Position numbers and translations under genes: made by a program | Assembly (NCBI GenBank): GCA_001820255.1 | Contig: MHPA01000016.1 | Span: forward strand, 7,288 to 58,758 | Source of the DNA: Candidatus Staskawiczbacteria bacterium RIFCSPLOWO2_01_FULL_38_12b | Lineage (GTDB): Bacteria; Patescibacteriota; Minisyncoccia; Minisyncoccales; Staskawiczbacteraceae | Direction of reading: 5' to 3' | Length of the DNA: 51,471 nt | The notes under the pieces: model-generated | Told to the model about the DNA's origin: nothing | What the model saw: the letters and a program-made list of their open reading frames with translations, nothing else | Databases searched by the model: none | In this document: in pieces, positions 1-8,139 of the stretch | Layout of the letters: each line of letters starts with the position of its first letter | How positions within the stretch are numbered: the first letter of the stretch is position 1

Positions 1-227
1 AAAATAAGGTAAGAATTATTTCTTAAGATGCGGTAATCAAAAAAACTGATTGCCAGCATGCATGCAAGTCCGACGGCAAAAAAAACAAGCTGTTTTTGGA
101 AATCCGAAAAATCATTTTTAGCCATGCCATAGCTATAGATTCCCACCAAACCAAAAACCGTTATCAAAACAACGGAACTTATCAAAATCCAATCCAGTTT
201 TTTAAGATGATTTGTATAAAAACCCAT
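1..227 (-). CDS. rodA: Rod shape-determining protein RodA / FtsW-family SEDS protein, N-terminal part (runs off window)
   Basis: Manual translation from ATG at 227: MGFYTNHLKKLDWILISSVVLITVFGLVGIYSY...FQKQLVFFAVGLACMLAISFFDYRIL, the typical SEDS N-terminus (DW..GL..IYS, KQ...G, DYR). Confidence 0.8.
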   Translation of the reverse strand, partial: MGFYTNHLKKLDWILISSVVLITVFGLVGIYSYGMAKNDFSDFQKQLVFFAVGLACMLAISFFDYRILRNNSYLI

Positions 228-230
228 GTA

Positions 231-2228
231 TCATGTTATTATGTTTAAAAATTCTTTTTCGCTGATGATGGCGACTTTAAGTTTTTGCGCTTTGGCTAAT
301 TTTGAACCGGGGTTTTTGCCTGCCACCAAAAAATCAGTATGGGCAGAAACCGACTCTGAAATGTTACCGCCCAGCGCCCTGACTTTTTCTTTGGCAAGAT
401 TACGGTCAATGGCATCCATGGTGCCGGTAAAAACAAACATTTTGCCCGATAACTTTCCTTGGGATAATTTTTTGGGATTTTTTATCACAATACCAACCTT
501 ATCAAATTTATCCAAAAGCCTGATATTGCCCTTATCATTAAACCACTGATGAACCGATGCTGCAACCACCGGACCGACATGCAACATTGATTCAAAATCA
601 GATAACGTGGCATGCTTTAATTTTTCCAAAGAGCCAAAATGCAAAGCCAGATCCGCCGCCGTTTCTTGGCCGATATTACGAATACCCAGTGCATACAAAA
701 ATTTTGCCAGGGTTATTTCTTTTTTTTGGGCAATTGATTCTATCAGGTTTGCCGCTGACTTTTCTGCAAACCGTTCTAAAACAGCAACATCTCCTTCTTT
801 TAATTCAAACATATCGGCAAGATCCAAAACTAACCCTTCATCTAATAATCGGTCAATAATTTTAGGGCCCAACCCTGCAATATCAAAAGCTCCCTTGGAA
901 ACAAAGTGGTAAAAGTTTCTGCGCTGGCGCGCAAAACATTTTTGATTGAGGCATCGCCACACCACGTCTTCCGCTGATTTTTGCAATGCGGTTTTACAGC
1001 TAGGACAAACCCGCGGCATGGTAAAACTTTTTTCCCGGCCGGTTCTTAATTCCGGCAGCACTTTTATGATATTGGGAATCACATCCCCTGCACGCCCCAC
1101 AATGACACTGTCGCCGATTTTTACGTCCAGCCTTTTTATTTCATCTTCGTTGTGCAATGTGGCTCGTGAAATAGTAATACCCGATAACGAAACCGGTTCT
1201 AAAACGGCTACCGGAGTAATGGCTCCAGTACGGCCCACTTGCAATCGTATATCTAAAATGTTAGTGGTAGTTTGATTTTGGGGAAATTTAAAAGCAATGG
1301 CGCCGCGGGGAGTTTTGCCCACTACTCCTAATGTTTCAAATAAAGCATGGTCATTAACCATAACCACCACGCCATCAATTTCATAGGGCAATTCATTGCG
1401 ATGCTTGCTCCAATATTGATGAAAAGAATATACTTGATCTAAAGATTTGCAGTACTTGTTATTATTATTTATCTTAAATCCCAGTTCTTGCAAGGCGATA
1501 TGTTTTTGCTGGTGGGTGTCAGTTTTATATCCGCCAATAATATCGTAAGCAAAAGAATCCAAGTTTCTGGAAGCGGTTATTTTAGGATCAAGCTGCCTTA
1601 CAGAACCGGCGGCGATATTTCTTGGATTGGCATATAAAGCCAAACCTTTTTCTTTTTGGATTTTATTTATCGCATTAAATTCTTTTTTAGAAATAAAAAC
1701 TTCCCCGCGCACCACCAAAGACGGAACTTTGGTGTGCAGGGCAAGGGGGATGGATTCCACCGTTTTGATATTTTGGGTAATATCTTCGCCAACCGAGCCA
1801 TCTCCCCGAGTGGATCCGGTTTTTAACAGGCCGTTTTCGTATTCAAGTTCAATGGCCAAGCCGTCTATTTTTAACTCGCAGTAAAAATCTATCTGATTTT
1901 TTTTTGCCGGGGGTAACAGTTTTAAAACCCTAGCGAGCCACTCTTGCATATCCTCTTTTGAAAAAGCGTCGTTTAACGAAAGCATTCTTTCCCGATGTGT
2001 CACTTTTTTAAATTCTTTAAGGGGCTGGCCTCCTATCCTTTGCGTAGGCGAATCAGAAGTAATAAATTCCGGAAATTGTTGCTCCAAATCAAAAAGCTCT
2101 TTTTTTAAAGAGTCCAGTGCCGCATCTGATATTTCTTGCTTATCCAATACGTGATACAGATATCGATGATGATTAATAAGATCCCGAAGTTTTTTTATCC
2201 TTTGGGAAATTTCATTTTTTTGAGCCAT
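231..2228 (-). CDS. ligA: NAD-dependent DNA ligase
   Basis: ELKIDG adenylation motif, STRGDG, Zn finger CPSC...C...C, HhH repeats, C-terminal BRCT (GKMFVFTG...GSKLAKA). Confidence 0.98.
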   Translation of the reverse strand: MAQKNEISQRIKKLRDLINHHRYLYHVLDKQEISDAALDSLKKELFDLEQQFPEFITSDSPTQRIGGQPLKEFKKVTHRERMLSLNDAFSKEDMQEWLARVLKLLPPAKKNQIDFYCELKIDGLAIELEYENGLLKTGSTRGDGSVGEDITQNIKTVESIPLALHTKVPSLVVRGEVFISKKEFNAINKIQKEKGLALYANPRNIAAGSVRQLDPKITASRNLDSFAYDIIGGYKTDTHQQKHIALQELGFKINNNNKYCKSLDQVYSFHQYWSKHRNELPYEIDGVVVMVNDHALFETLGVVGKTPRGAIAFKFPQNQTTTNILDIRLQVGRTGAITPVAVLEPVSLSGITISRATLHNEDEIKRLDVKIGDSVIVGRAGDVIPNIIKVLPELRTGREKSFTMPRVCPSCKTALQKSAEDVVWRCLNQKCFARQRRNFYHFVSKGAFDIAGLGPKIIDRLLDEGLVLDLADMFELKEGDVAVLERFAEKSAANLIESIAQKKEITLAKFLYALGIRNIGQETAADLALHFGSLEKLKHATLSDFESMLHVGPVVAASVHQWFNDKGNIRLLDKFDKVGIVIKNPKKLSQGKLSGKMFVFTGTMDAIDRNLAKEKVRALGGNISESVSAHTDFLVAGKNPGSKLAKAQKLKVAIISEKEFLNIIT

Positions 2229-2229
2229 A

Positions 2230-2718
2230 TCAATCGGAATTTAATTCAATTTGCCTGACTAAATCCTGGTAAAGCCCTTTTGAATGGATTAAAAAATTTG
2301 AAACACTTTCAACAGTGGTTACTGTTGCATCCACCGTATAGGTTCTGCCGCCAAAAGCGGATTCATAGGTAATTTCACAATTTGTGCAATCATCAACTGC
2401 GCAACCGCTAGCAACCAGTGGCGTAGCCATGCAAATATTGCATTGGGTATCCGGATCAGTGCTAAGATTACTGCAGGCATCGCATAGATTGCACACCCCC
2501 CTATTTGCACCACCTACCAGTTGTTTTCTATCAAAATATAAGGTTTTTTCTATCCCGCTATCGGCAGCAAAAAATGAAGATATAGAGTTTCCTATACTGC
2601 CCAATGCTTTAATCTCATTAGATAATATCGTACTTATAGATAATATAATAGCAAGCATGATGGTCATGATAAAAAAAGAAATAATAACAGAAACCCCTTT
2701 TTGTGAATTATGATACAT
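2230..2718 (-). CDS. PilX-like minor pilin
   Basis: QKG-VSVIISFFIM class III leader without E5; SFFAADSGIE motif typical of PilX N-termini; Cys-rich centre; last gene of the minor pilin run. Confidence 0.7.
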   Translation of the reverse strand: MYHNSQKGVSVIISFFIMTIMLAIILSISTILSNEIKALGSIGNSISSFFAADSGIEKTLYFDRKQLVGGANRGVCNLCDACSNLSTDPDTQCNICMATPLVASGCAVDDCTNCEITYESAFGGRTYTVDATVTTVESVSNFLIHSKGLYQDLVRQIELNSD

Positions 2719-2848
2719 GTAAATTAATTTCTATTAAATATATAATGACTTAATTTCTAAACACCGACGACGGTTTTGAAAATTTGTTTTATTGATAATT
2801 GATTGAAAATTGTAAATTGAAAATTCTGCGCCGCATATGGCGCAGTTG

Positions 2849-3463
2849 CTATGGTATATTTAAGTTTCTTGCCGAAACCGTAGTTTGGATTATCTTTTGC
2901 TGCTGGCTTCCAGGGATATTGCTTGTCGCAGCCAATACAATAGTTACTCTTGGCTGGATTGCGTCGGCATCAGATGCAGTGCGCGCCGTTTTATCTCCGT
3001 TAATAATAAAATTGGCGTTGTTTATGGTATATTTAACCCCTCCTGACATAAAAGGAGAGATCGTAACCGGATCTTGCCCCCAATCAGAAACCTTTAGGGC
3101 ATTGTTTTCAAAATAAAATTCTGTCTGGCGGCTACTGTCCGATGAATTAATAAATTTTATACCACTACAAGCTTCAGTGACGCCATTATCACAGTGTGTA
3201 AGCACATACATATTACCCTGACCTAAAAACCCGCCAACCACAGTATCTTTTTCGGCGGTCCTGATGGCCTTTGACATATATTCCATGGCGTAACTGGCCT
3301 GATTTAATATTTCCTGCTGTTGCAACATTCTTTTTTGATGCTGCACCATTGAAAGGAAAATACCTGCCAAAACGCCGATAACAATTAAAAATATCGACAA
3401 CACCACTATCATTTCTATGATAGTAAATCCTTTCTGCTTTATGGAACATGGAACATGGAACAT
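2849..3463 (-). CDS. Type IV minor pilin (PilW-like)
   Basis: KGFTIIEMIVV N-methylation motif; C-terminal QTTVSARN. Start placed at the ATG within the heptamer array (3463) because the 3496 start overlaps the original end of the upstream gene. Confidence 0.8.
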   Translation of the reverse strand: MFHVPCSIKQKGFTIIEMIVVLSIFLIVIGVLAGIFLSMVQHQKRMLQQQEILNQASYAMEYMSKAIRTAEKDTVVGGFLGQGNMYVLTHCDNGVTEACSGIKFINSSDSSRQTEFYFENNALKVSDWGQDPVTISPFMSGGVKYTINNANFIINGDKTARTASDADAIQPRVTIVLAATSNIPGSQQQKIIQTTVSARNLNIP

Positions 3464-3470
3464 GGAACAA
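3441..3470. repeat. Heptamer tandem array (ATGGAAC)x4, 3' flank of four-helix-bundle gene
   Basis: atggaacatggaacatggaacatggaacaa; inverted relative to the array at 3971-4004. Confidence 0.9.
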
Positions 3471-3471
3471 A

Positions 3472-3979
3472 TTACACTTTTTGGATAGTACTCCATAACA
3501 TTTTACCGATCTCTTCACTTAATAATATTGCCTTTTTGTAGTCGGTCTCCATTAGACCTGTTGCGAAATAAGAATCTACTGCAAATTCCATATTTTTGCC
3601 AAAAATTTGCAATAATTTTCAAACTTAGCGAAGCTAAATTTTAAAATTCTATCAAATTTTTGGCTAAAAATCTGAAATTTTCGTTGCGATTCTTATTTCG
3701 CAACAGGTCTATTAAATAATTTTCTTTTAAGGAAAAATGCAAAAGATACTTTGCTTCTTTTAAGGAACCATAAGAAATTTCTAAGAAGTTCCTATACACC
3801 TTACTTTTTATTCTGGCATAACCCTCTATATAATTTAATATCACAGAAAGCGCAGATCTTCTTAATTGAGAAGTGACCCCATATAGTTCGTCTTTAGGGA
3901 AATTCTTACTAATTCTATAAACCAAATGAACAAATTCATCCATCTTAATCTTTAAATTTTCGTGAAATCGTTGTTCCAT
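3472..3979 (-). pseudogene. Four-helix-bundle protein (23S rRNA IVP/Avd-like family) interrupted by a palindromic insertion
   Basis: FPKDELYGVTSQLRRSALSVILNYIEG family motif. Removing 3554-3710 plus one ATT copy restores a 115-aa ORF ending KENYLMETDYKKAILLSEEIGKMLWSTIQKV*. Confidence 0.9.
3554..3710. mobile_element. Rod-shaped palindromic MITE-like element, copy 1
   Basis: Perfect terminal IR agacctgttgcgaaataagaatc / gattcttatttcgcaacaggtct; ATT duplicated at 3551-3553 and 3711-3713; interrupts a gene. Confidence 0.92.
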
Positions 3980-4004
3980 GTTATGTGTTTTATGTTATGT
4001 GACA
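3971..4004. repeat. Degenerate heptamer array, 5' flank of four-helix-bundle gene
   Basis: ttgttccatgttatgtgttttatgttatgtgaca. Confidence 0.75.
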
Positions 4005-4538
4005 CTAGTACCAATTGTACAAATATTCGGCAGTATTAAAACTATATGACTGGCTATTGTAGCTCCATGTCACCAATACGTCCACATACAATACATCATC
4101 TGTTCCTGATACCGGACTTATAGTAATTTCTCTTTTGAATATTGTGGGGGTGCTTCCTACGTCATGGTCATAAAGACCGTCGCCATTTAACCCTAAAAAA
4201 CTACCATCATAGGGAACCAACAAAGAAGCAGTTTGGGTTTTATAGTCTGCCATGCATCCTGCAATACAACCCACAAGTCCGTCAGACCACGAAAAAGTGG
4301 GATTTTGGGAAATGGTAATAAAATTATTATCCCTTAGATTTCTTATTATTTCCACTCCTTCCTGAGCCAAATAAGCTGCGGTAAAACGGTTGGAAATAAT
4401 ATAGCTTGAACTCACCAGCCAAAAAAAGGCCTGGTAAACTAACATGACCCCAAAGGACAGGATTGAAATGGTAATGATCATTTCAATTAACGTAAACCCA
4501 GCCGCCTTTTTTTGTTTTTTAAATAAATTTTTCATCAT
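4005..4538 (-). CDS. Type IV minor pilin (PilV-like)
   Basis: AGFTLIEMII prepilin motif; AAYLAQEGVEIIRN; C-terminal YLYNWY. Confidence 0.85.
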   Translation of the reverse strand: MMKNLFKKQKKAAGFTLIEMIITISILSFGVMLVYQAFFWLVSSSYIISNRFTAAYLAQEGVEIIRNLRDNNFITISQNPTFSWSDGLVGCIAGCMADYKTQTASLLVPYDGSFLGLNGDGLYDHDVGSTPTIFKREITISPVSGTDDVLYVDVLVTWSYNSQSYSFNTAEYLYNWY

Positions 4539-4546
4539 GGTTTATT

Positions 4547-4705
4547 AGACTTGTCCCTAAATAAAATTCGGAGCGAAAATTCAAGATTTCGGAGCGGCAA
4601 ATGTGATAGAATTTTTAGATTTAGCTTTAGCTAAGTCTAAAAATTATGGCACATTTGCCGCCGAAAGGTTGAATTTGCAGCCGAATTTTATTTAGGGACA
4701 AGTCT
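4547..4705. mobile_element. Rod-shaped palindromic MITE-like element, copy 2
   Basis: Terminal IR agacttgtccctaaataaaattcgg / ccgaattttatttagggacaagtct; ATT duplicated at 4544-4546 and 4706-4708; inserted in the pilin stop codon. Confidence 0.92.
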
Positions 4706-5321
4706 ATTGAACCTCTGCTAAACCCGCATTATTTACGTAGGCATTTTTAGTTTGTGTCGGATCAATTTCAGATTGGAAAGTAATAGTTAGTTCAAGTAAT
4801 CCATCAGGGCAATCCGGGTCGGGATCCCCCGCACAATCCGATGTCCATAGGATTTTTGTCAGCGGAATCGGAGGCAAAAAATCAACAGACGCCTTATCAA
4901 CACTATCTAAATTGCTCATTACCACCCCTGGCTCAAGATTAACCGTTTCTACCACATAATCCGTGATTGATCCGTCATAAAAACGATTCCCATCAACGTC
5001 AGCATACATGACATATTGTTTTGGATTTGCCAGATCAACATACACTCCATACCCTTCTACCTGATGCAAAACACCTTCAGAGTCCCTGTATTGGCTAGTC
5101 GATAGGGCCATGCCTTGCACCCTTCTTATATCCTGCGCAAATTTATAGGCAGTCCTGGAAAGAGCAAATTGTGATCGGGTTTTGGTAAAATTTGAAATTA
5201 AAATAACTAAAAGCATTGAAGTAACCGCAACCACGACTATTAATTCAACCAGAGTAAATCCAGCATCACTTTCGTCAAACAATCGAAATTTAGTTATTAA
5301 CGTATTGTTACGATTGAACAT
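4704..5321 (-). CDS. Type IV minor pilin (FimT/FimU-like)
   Basis: AGFTLVELIVVV motif; start placed at ATG 5321 because the longer ORF reads out of the inserted element at 5351-5552. Confidence 0.85.
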   Translation of the reverse strand: MFNRNNTLITKFRLFDESDAGFTLVELIVVVAVTSMLLVILISNFTKTRSQFALSRTAYKFAQDIRRVQGMALSTSQYRDSEGVLHQVEGYGVYVDLANPKQYVMYADVDGNRFYDGSITDYVVETVNLEPGVVMSNLDSVDKASVDFLPPIPLTKILWTSDCAGDPDPDCPDGLLELTITFQSEIDPTQTKNAYVNNAGLAEVQ

Positions 5322-5350
5322 AATAGGCTCACTGATTAAACCTTTATTAA

Positions 5351-5552
5351 GGCCTCGTCCACAAATAACATCCACCTTTTCATCCAATTTGTGCACCATC
5401 TGCGTCCCAAAAAATAGCATGCGTAGCCTTACTACGCCTCCTATTTTTTTGAACACATCTGGCACACATCTTAGTAGGGACGCGAGGCATAATTTGTAGC
5501 AACAAATTCGCCCCGTCCTCGAAAAGCCTGGATGTTATTTGTGGACGAGGCC
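5351..5552. mobile_element. Rod-shaped palindromic MITE-like element, copy 3
   Basis: Terminal IR ggcctcgtccacaaataacatcca / tggatgttatttgtggacgaggcc; TAA duplicated at 5348-5350 and 5553-5555; inserted at the pilD stop codon. Confidence 0.9.
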
Positions 5553-6376
5553 TAAAACACCAAAAAATGCGTATACCAAAAAATTATCTGGTCGCCAAAA
5601 AACATTGCCAAAAATGTTCCTAAAATGAGAAACGGAGCAAATGGCAGTTCGCTTTTTAATCCCTTTTTGCCAAAAAACATCAACCCTAACCCTATTATAG
5701 CACCAAAAAAGAAAGACAAAAATAGACCCGCCAAAATATTGGGAAACCCCAGCACCAGGCCCAGTAAGATTGCCAATTTTACGTCGCCAAAACCCATCCA
5801 GCGACCCTTGGATATTAAATAAATAGAAAGAAAGAAGCCAGAGGCAATTAAGGCAGCTAAAAGAAAATTTCCAATACCTAATACCCAATTTCCAATGAAA
5901 ACACTATAAAGCAAACGAAAAATAAAAGTAATTGCTATTGCCGGGAATAAAACCTTGTCGGGGATTAAGTAAAATTTTAAATCATAGACAAATATAACTA
6001 TTAAAACCGAGGCGATATACCATAAGAATAATAGATCAATAACATTTAAAAATTGAAAAATTTCAAATTGATTGATGATTGAAAATTGAAAATTGAAAAT
6101 TAGCAAAAATATCAATCCGGTCGCCACTTCCACCGCCGGATATTGCCATGATATTTTTTTATGGCAATAACGGCAACTTCCTTGTAAAAAAAGATAACTT
6201 ACCACCGGAATCAAATCCAGCCACATTAATTGATGGCGGCACCGGGGGCAATACGATCTGCCTTTTACGAAACCTTCGTCTTTTTCTAATCGTAAAATCA
6301 CCACATTCAAAAAACTGCCGATACAAAGACCGATCAAGAATACAAGAAAAGAAAAAGTAGTATTGACTTCTATCAT
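5552..6376 (-). CDS. pilD: Prepilin peptidase (A24)
   Basis: GSFLNVVILRL, RSYCPRC...CRYC Zn sites, YDLK and MGFGDVKL catalytic Asp motifs, PFAPF. Confidence 0.96.
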   Translation of the reverse strand: MIEVNTTFSFLVFLIGLCIGSFLNVVILRLEKDEGFVKGRSYCPRCRHQLMWLDLIPVVSYLFLQGSCRYCHKKISWQYPAVEVATGLIFLLIFNFQFSIINQFEIFQFLNVIDLLFLWYIASVLIVIFVYDLKFYLIPDKVLFPAIAITFIFRLLYSVFIGNWVLGIGNFLLAALIASGFFLSIYLISKGRWMGFGDVKLAILLGLVLGFPNILAGLFLSFFFGAIIGLGLMFFGKKGLKSELPFAPFLILGTFLAMFFGDQIIFWYTHFLVF

Positions 6377-6504
6377 TCAGTTATTTTACCACAAAATCTC
6401 AGAGGGAAAAAATGACCTATTTCGGTCAGATAGTTATATGATTTGACACGCGATAGCGAATGTCGCCCCCTGATAAAAACCAAACCTAAAATATCGACAA
6501 TGCT

Positions 6505-7273
6505 CTTGTACAAGCGGTAGCGTTCACAACGGTATAACTTATTGAAATTTATAAATCAAAATGGTTTTTCAACCTAACGTCATCATAGATATTATCTGCA
6601 ATAATAATATTAACAAAATCACCTATGTCGAAAAACTCGGATAAAAAATGGACCTCCTTCTCGCATGGGTAGGGGCATACAAAAACACTTTTTTGTAATT
6701 GGTAAAAGTTTAATTCTTGTAATTTTTGCCTTAAGGCATCTCTTCCATTTTTCTTTTTTTCCGGAATATCAAAAGCCACTATACGCCACTTTTTATCCCA
6801 AACTTTCTGTTTTGTAATCTCTAGCTTTTCAATATTAATTTCTTTAATTTTTCTTTTTCCCTTCTTTGTGAGTTGTATAATAAATTTACCATCTTCTTTC
6901 TCCTGTAAAATAATCAGTTTATTTTCTCTTAATCTTCTTAGAGATTTCACTATTTTTTGCTCATTAGTTTTGTTTTTACTATATTTTTTATTTTTGATAA
7001 TCGCCCTCGCTATATTTATTAAAAAATAAGGCGATGTAGATGCAACAACCACCATACCAGCCAAAGCGATAGTGAGAAGAATTTCTTTAGTTATTGTATC
7101 TTTCTTTCATTGCCATAGTATAACATAAGACTAACCTTGTGCAAGCGATAGCGCCTACAAGAACAACAACTAAAAAAAGAAACCCTCAAAGTTTTAGCTT
7201 GGCTTAGAATGACACTACCCCTGCCCGTAGTATCATGCAAAAATACTCTTGTGCCAGTGATAGCGTTCACAGA
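6505..7273. repeat. Three dispersed 26-bp imperfect palindromic repeats flanking the PaaX/Cas2-like gene (6505-6530, 7136-7161, 7248-7273)
   Basis: cttgtacaagcggtagcgttcacaac; cttgtgcaagcgatagcgcctacaag; cttgtgccagtgatagcgttcacaga. Confidence 0.75.
6549..7064 (-). CDS. PaaX-central-domain / Cas2-like protein (stand-alone, probable frameshift near start)
   Basis: wHTH-like LTKKGK followed by WDKKWRIVAFDIPE...R..LR.KL...FYQLQKSVF; no cas1 or CRISPR array nearby. Confidence 0.8.
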   Translation of the reverse strand: MAGMVVVASTSPYFLINIARAIIKNKKYSKNKTNEQKIVKSLRRLRENKLIILQEKEDGKFIIQLTKKGKRKIKEINIEKLEITKQKVWDKKWRIVAFDIPEKKKNGRDALRQKLQELNFYQLQKSVFVCPYPCEKEVHFLSEFFDIGDFVNIIIADNIYDDVRLKNHFDL

Positions 7274-7457
7274 GTTAACAAGTAATGTTTAATGCCAAAA
7301 AAGAATACTATCATTTCAGAGGCTTTGGAGGGTCCGACCCTCCAAAGCCTATTATTATAATTTTTGGAACAAAAAATGGCGTCAGTCCATAAAGTGTCAG
7401 TCCATAAAGCAAAATAAATAAAATAAAGCCTGCTGCTTATTTTATTGCCCGCTTATC

Positions 7458-7498
7458 AATAACAAAACAACAGGTTTTGACACCTGTTGTTTTGTTAT
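7458..7498. terminator. Hairpin downstream of pilin, probable terminator
   Basis: aataacaaaacaacagg-ttttgaca-cctgttgttttgttatt inverted repeat just 3' of the 7550 pilin. Confidence 0.6.
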
Positions 7499-7549
7499 TA
7501 CATAACGACCAATCCCGTTTCTCATTAAAAAATAATCCCAACAAACTAA

Positions 7550-8011
7550 CTAACCATCAGTACAAACTCCCACATCAGCAGTAACACATCTATCTGCACA
7601 GGTAGCTACGGTTACTTTTTTGTAACCAGTGGTGTCTACACAAAAAGTGCTACCAGCGGGTTCGCTACTAGTAGTATTCATAGTTGAACAAGCACAAAAA
7701 GCACTGGCTATTTCACTATAGGTGACAGTACCACCTGACGCCGCATCAGCTGCGTCTGCAGGATTTGTGTAAGATGCAGTTAAAACAAAATCAACATATG
7801 TACTAGGATTTGCGTCATCATAATATACTGCCGCATTTGTTAATATGGTTGACATATTTCCCTTTATATTAGCGTTCTTACTCTTGCCAATATATTGCGT
7901 TACGTTAACCAATACAATACCAGTTAATACCGCAATAATAGCAACAACTACCAATAATTCAATGATAGTAAAACCTTTTTTATTACGAGACGAATTTATT
8001 ATTTTTTGCAT
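7550..8011 (-). CDS. Type IV pilin (probable major pilin)
   Basis: KGFTIIELLVVVAIIAVL; C-terminal FCAC...FCVDTTG...C...C; AT-rich leader and downstream hairpin. Confidence 0.9.
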   Translation of the reverse strand: MQKIINSSRNKKGFTIIELLVVVAIIAVLTGIVLVNVTQYIGKSKNANIKGNMSTILTNAAVYYDDANPSTYVDFVLTASYTNPADAADAASGGTVTYSEIASAFCACSTMNTTSSEPAGSTFCVDTTGYKKVTVATCADRCVTADVGVCTDG

Positions 8012-8139
8012 TTTTTAAATTAATTTATTTAATTAAAAGATCTCGACCTTTTTAAATATCTTGATTAACACTATTATAATATTTATAAGCACAATACTCA
8101 ATAATAATAACTGTGGATAACTTGTACTTTTAAATACTG

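Noticed and set aside
226..1884. Plus-strand ORFs antisense to ligA, and similar shadow ORFs throughout
   Set aside because: They are antisense shadows of well-supported genes with no recognisable motifs.
3472..3979. Diversity-generating retroelement (Avd-like gene near pilins)
   Set aside because: No reverse transcriptase and no TR/VR pair with adenine-specific mismatches was seen in the window.
6443..7273. CRISPR array with cas2
   Set aside because: Only 3-4 degenerate repeats, irregular long spacing with a gene in between, and no cas1 or other cas genes.
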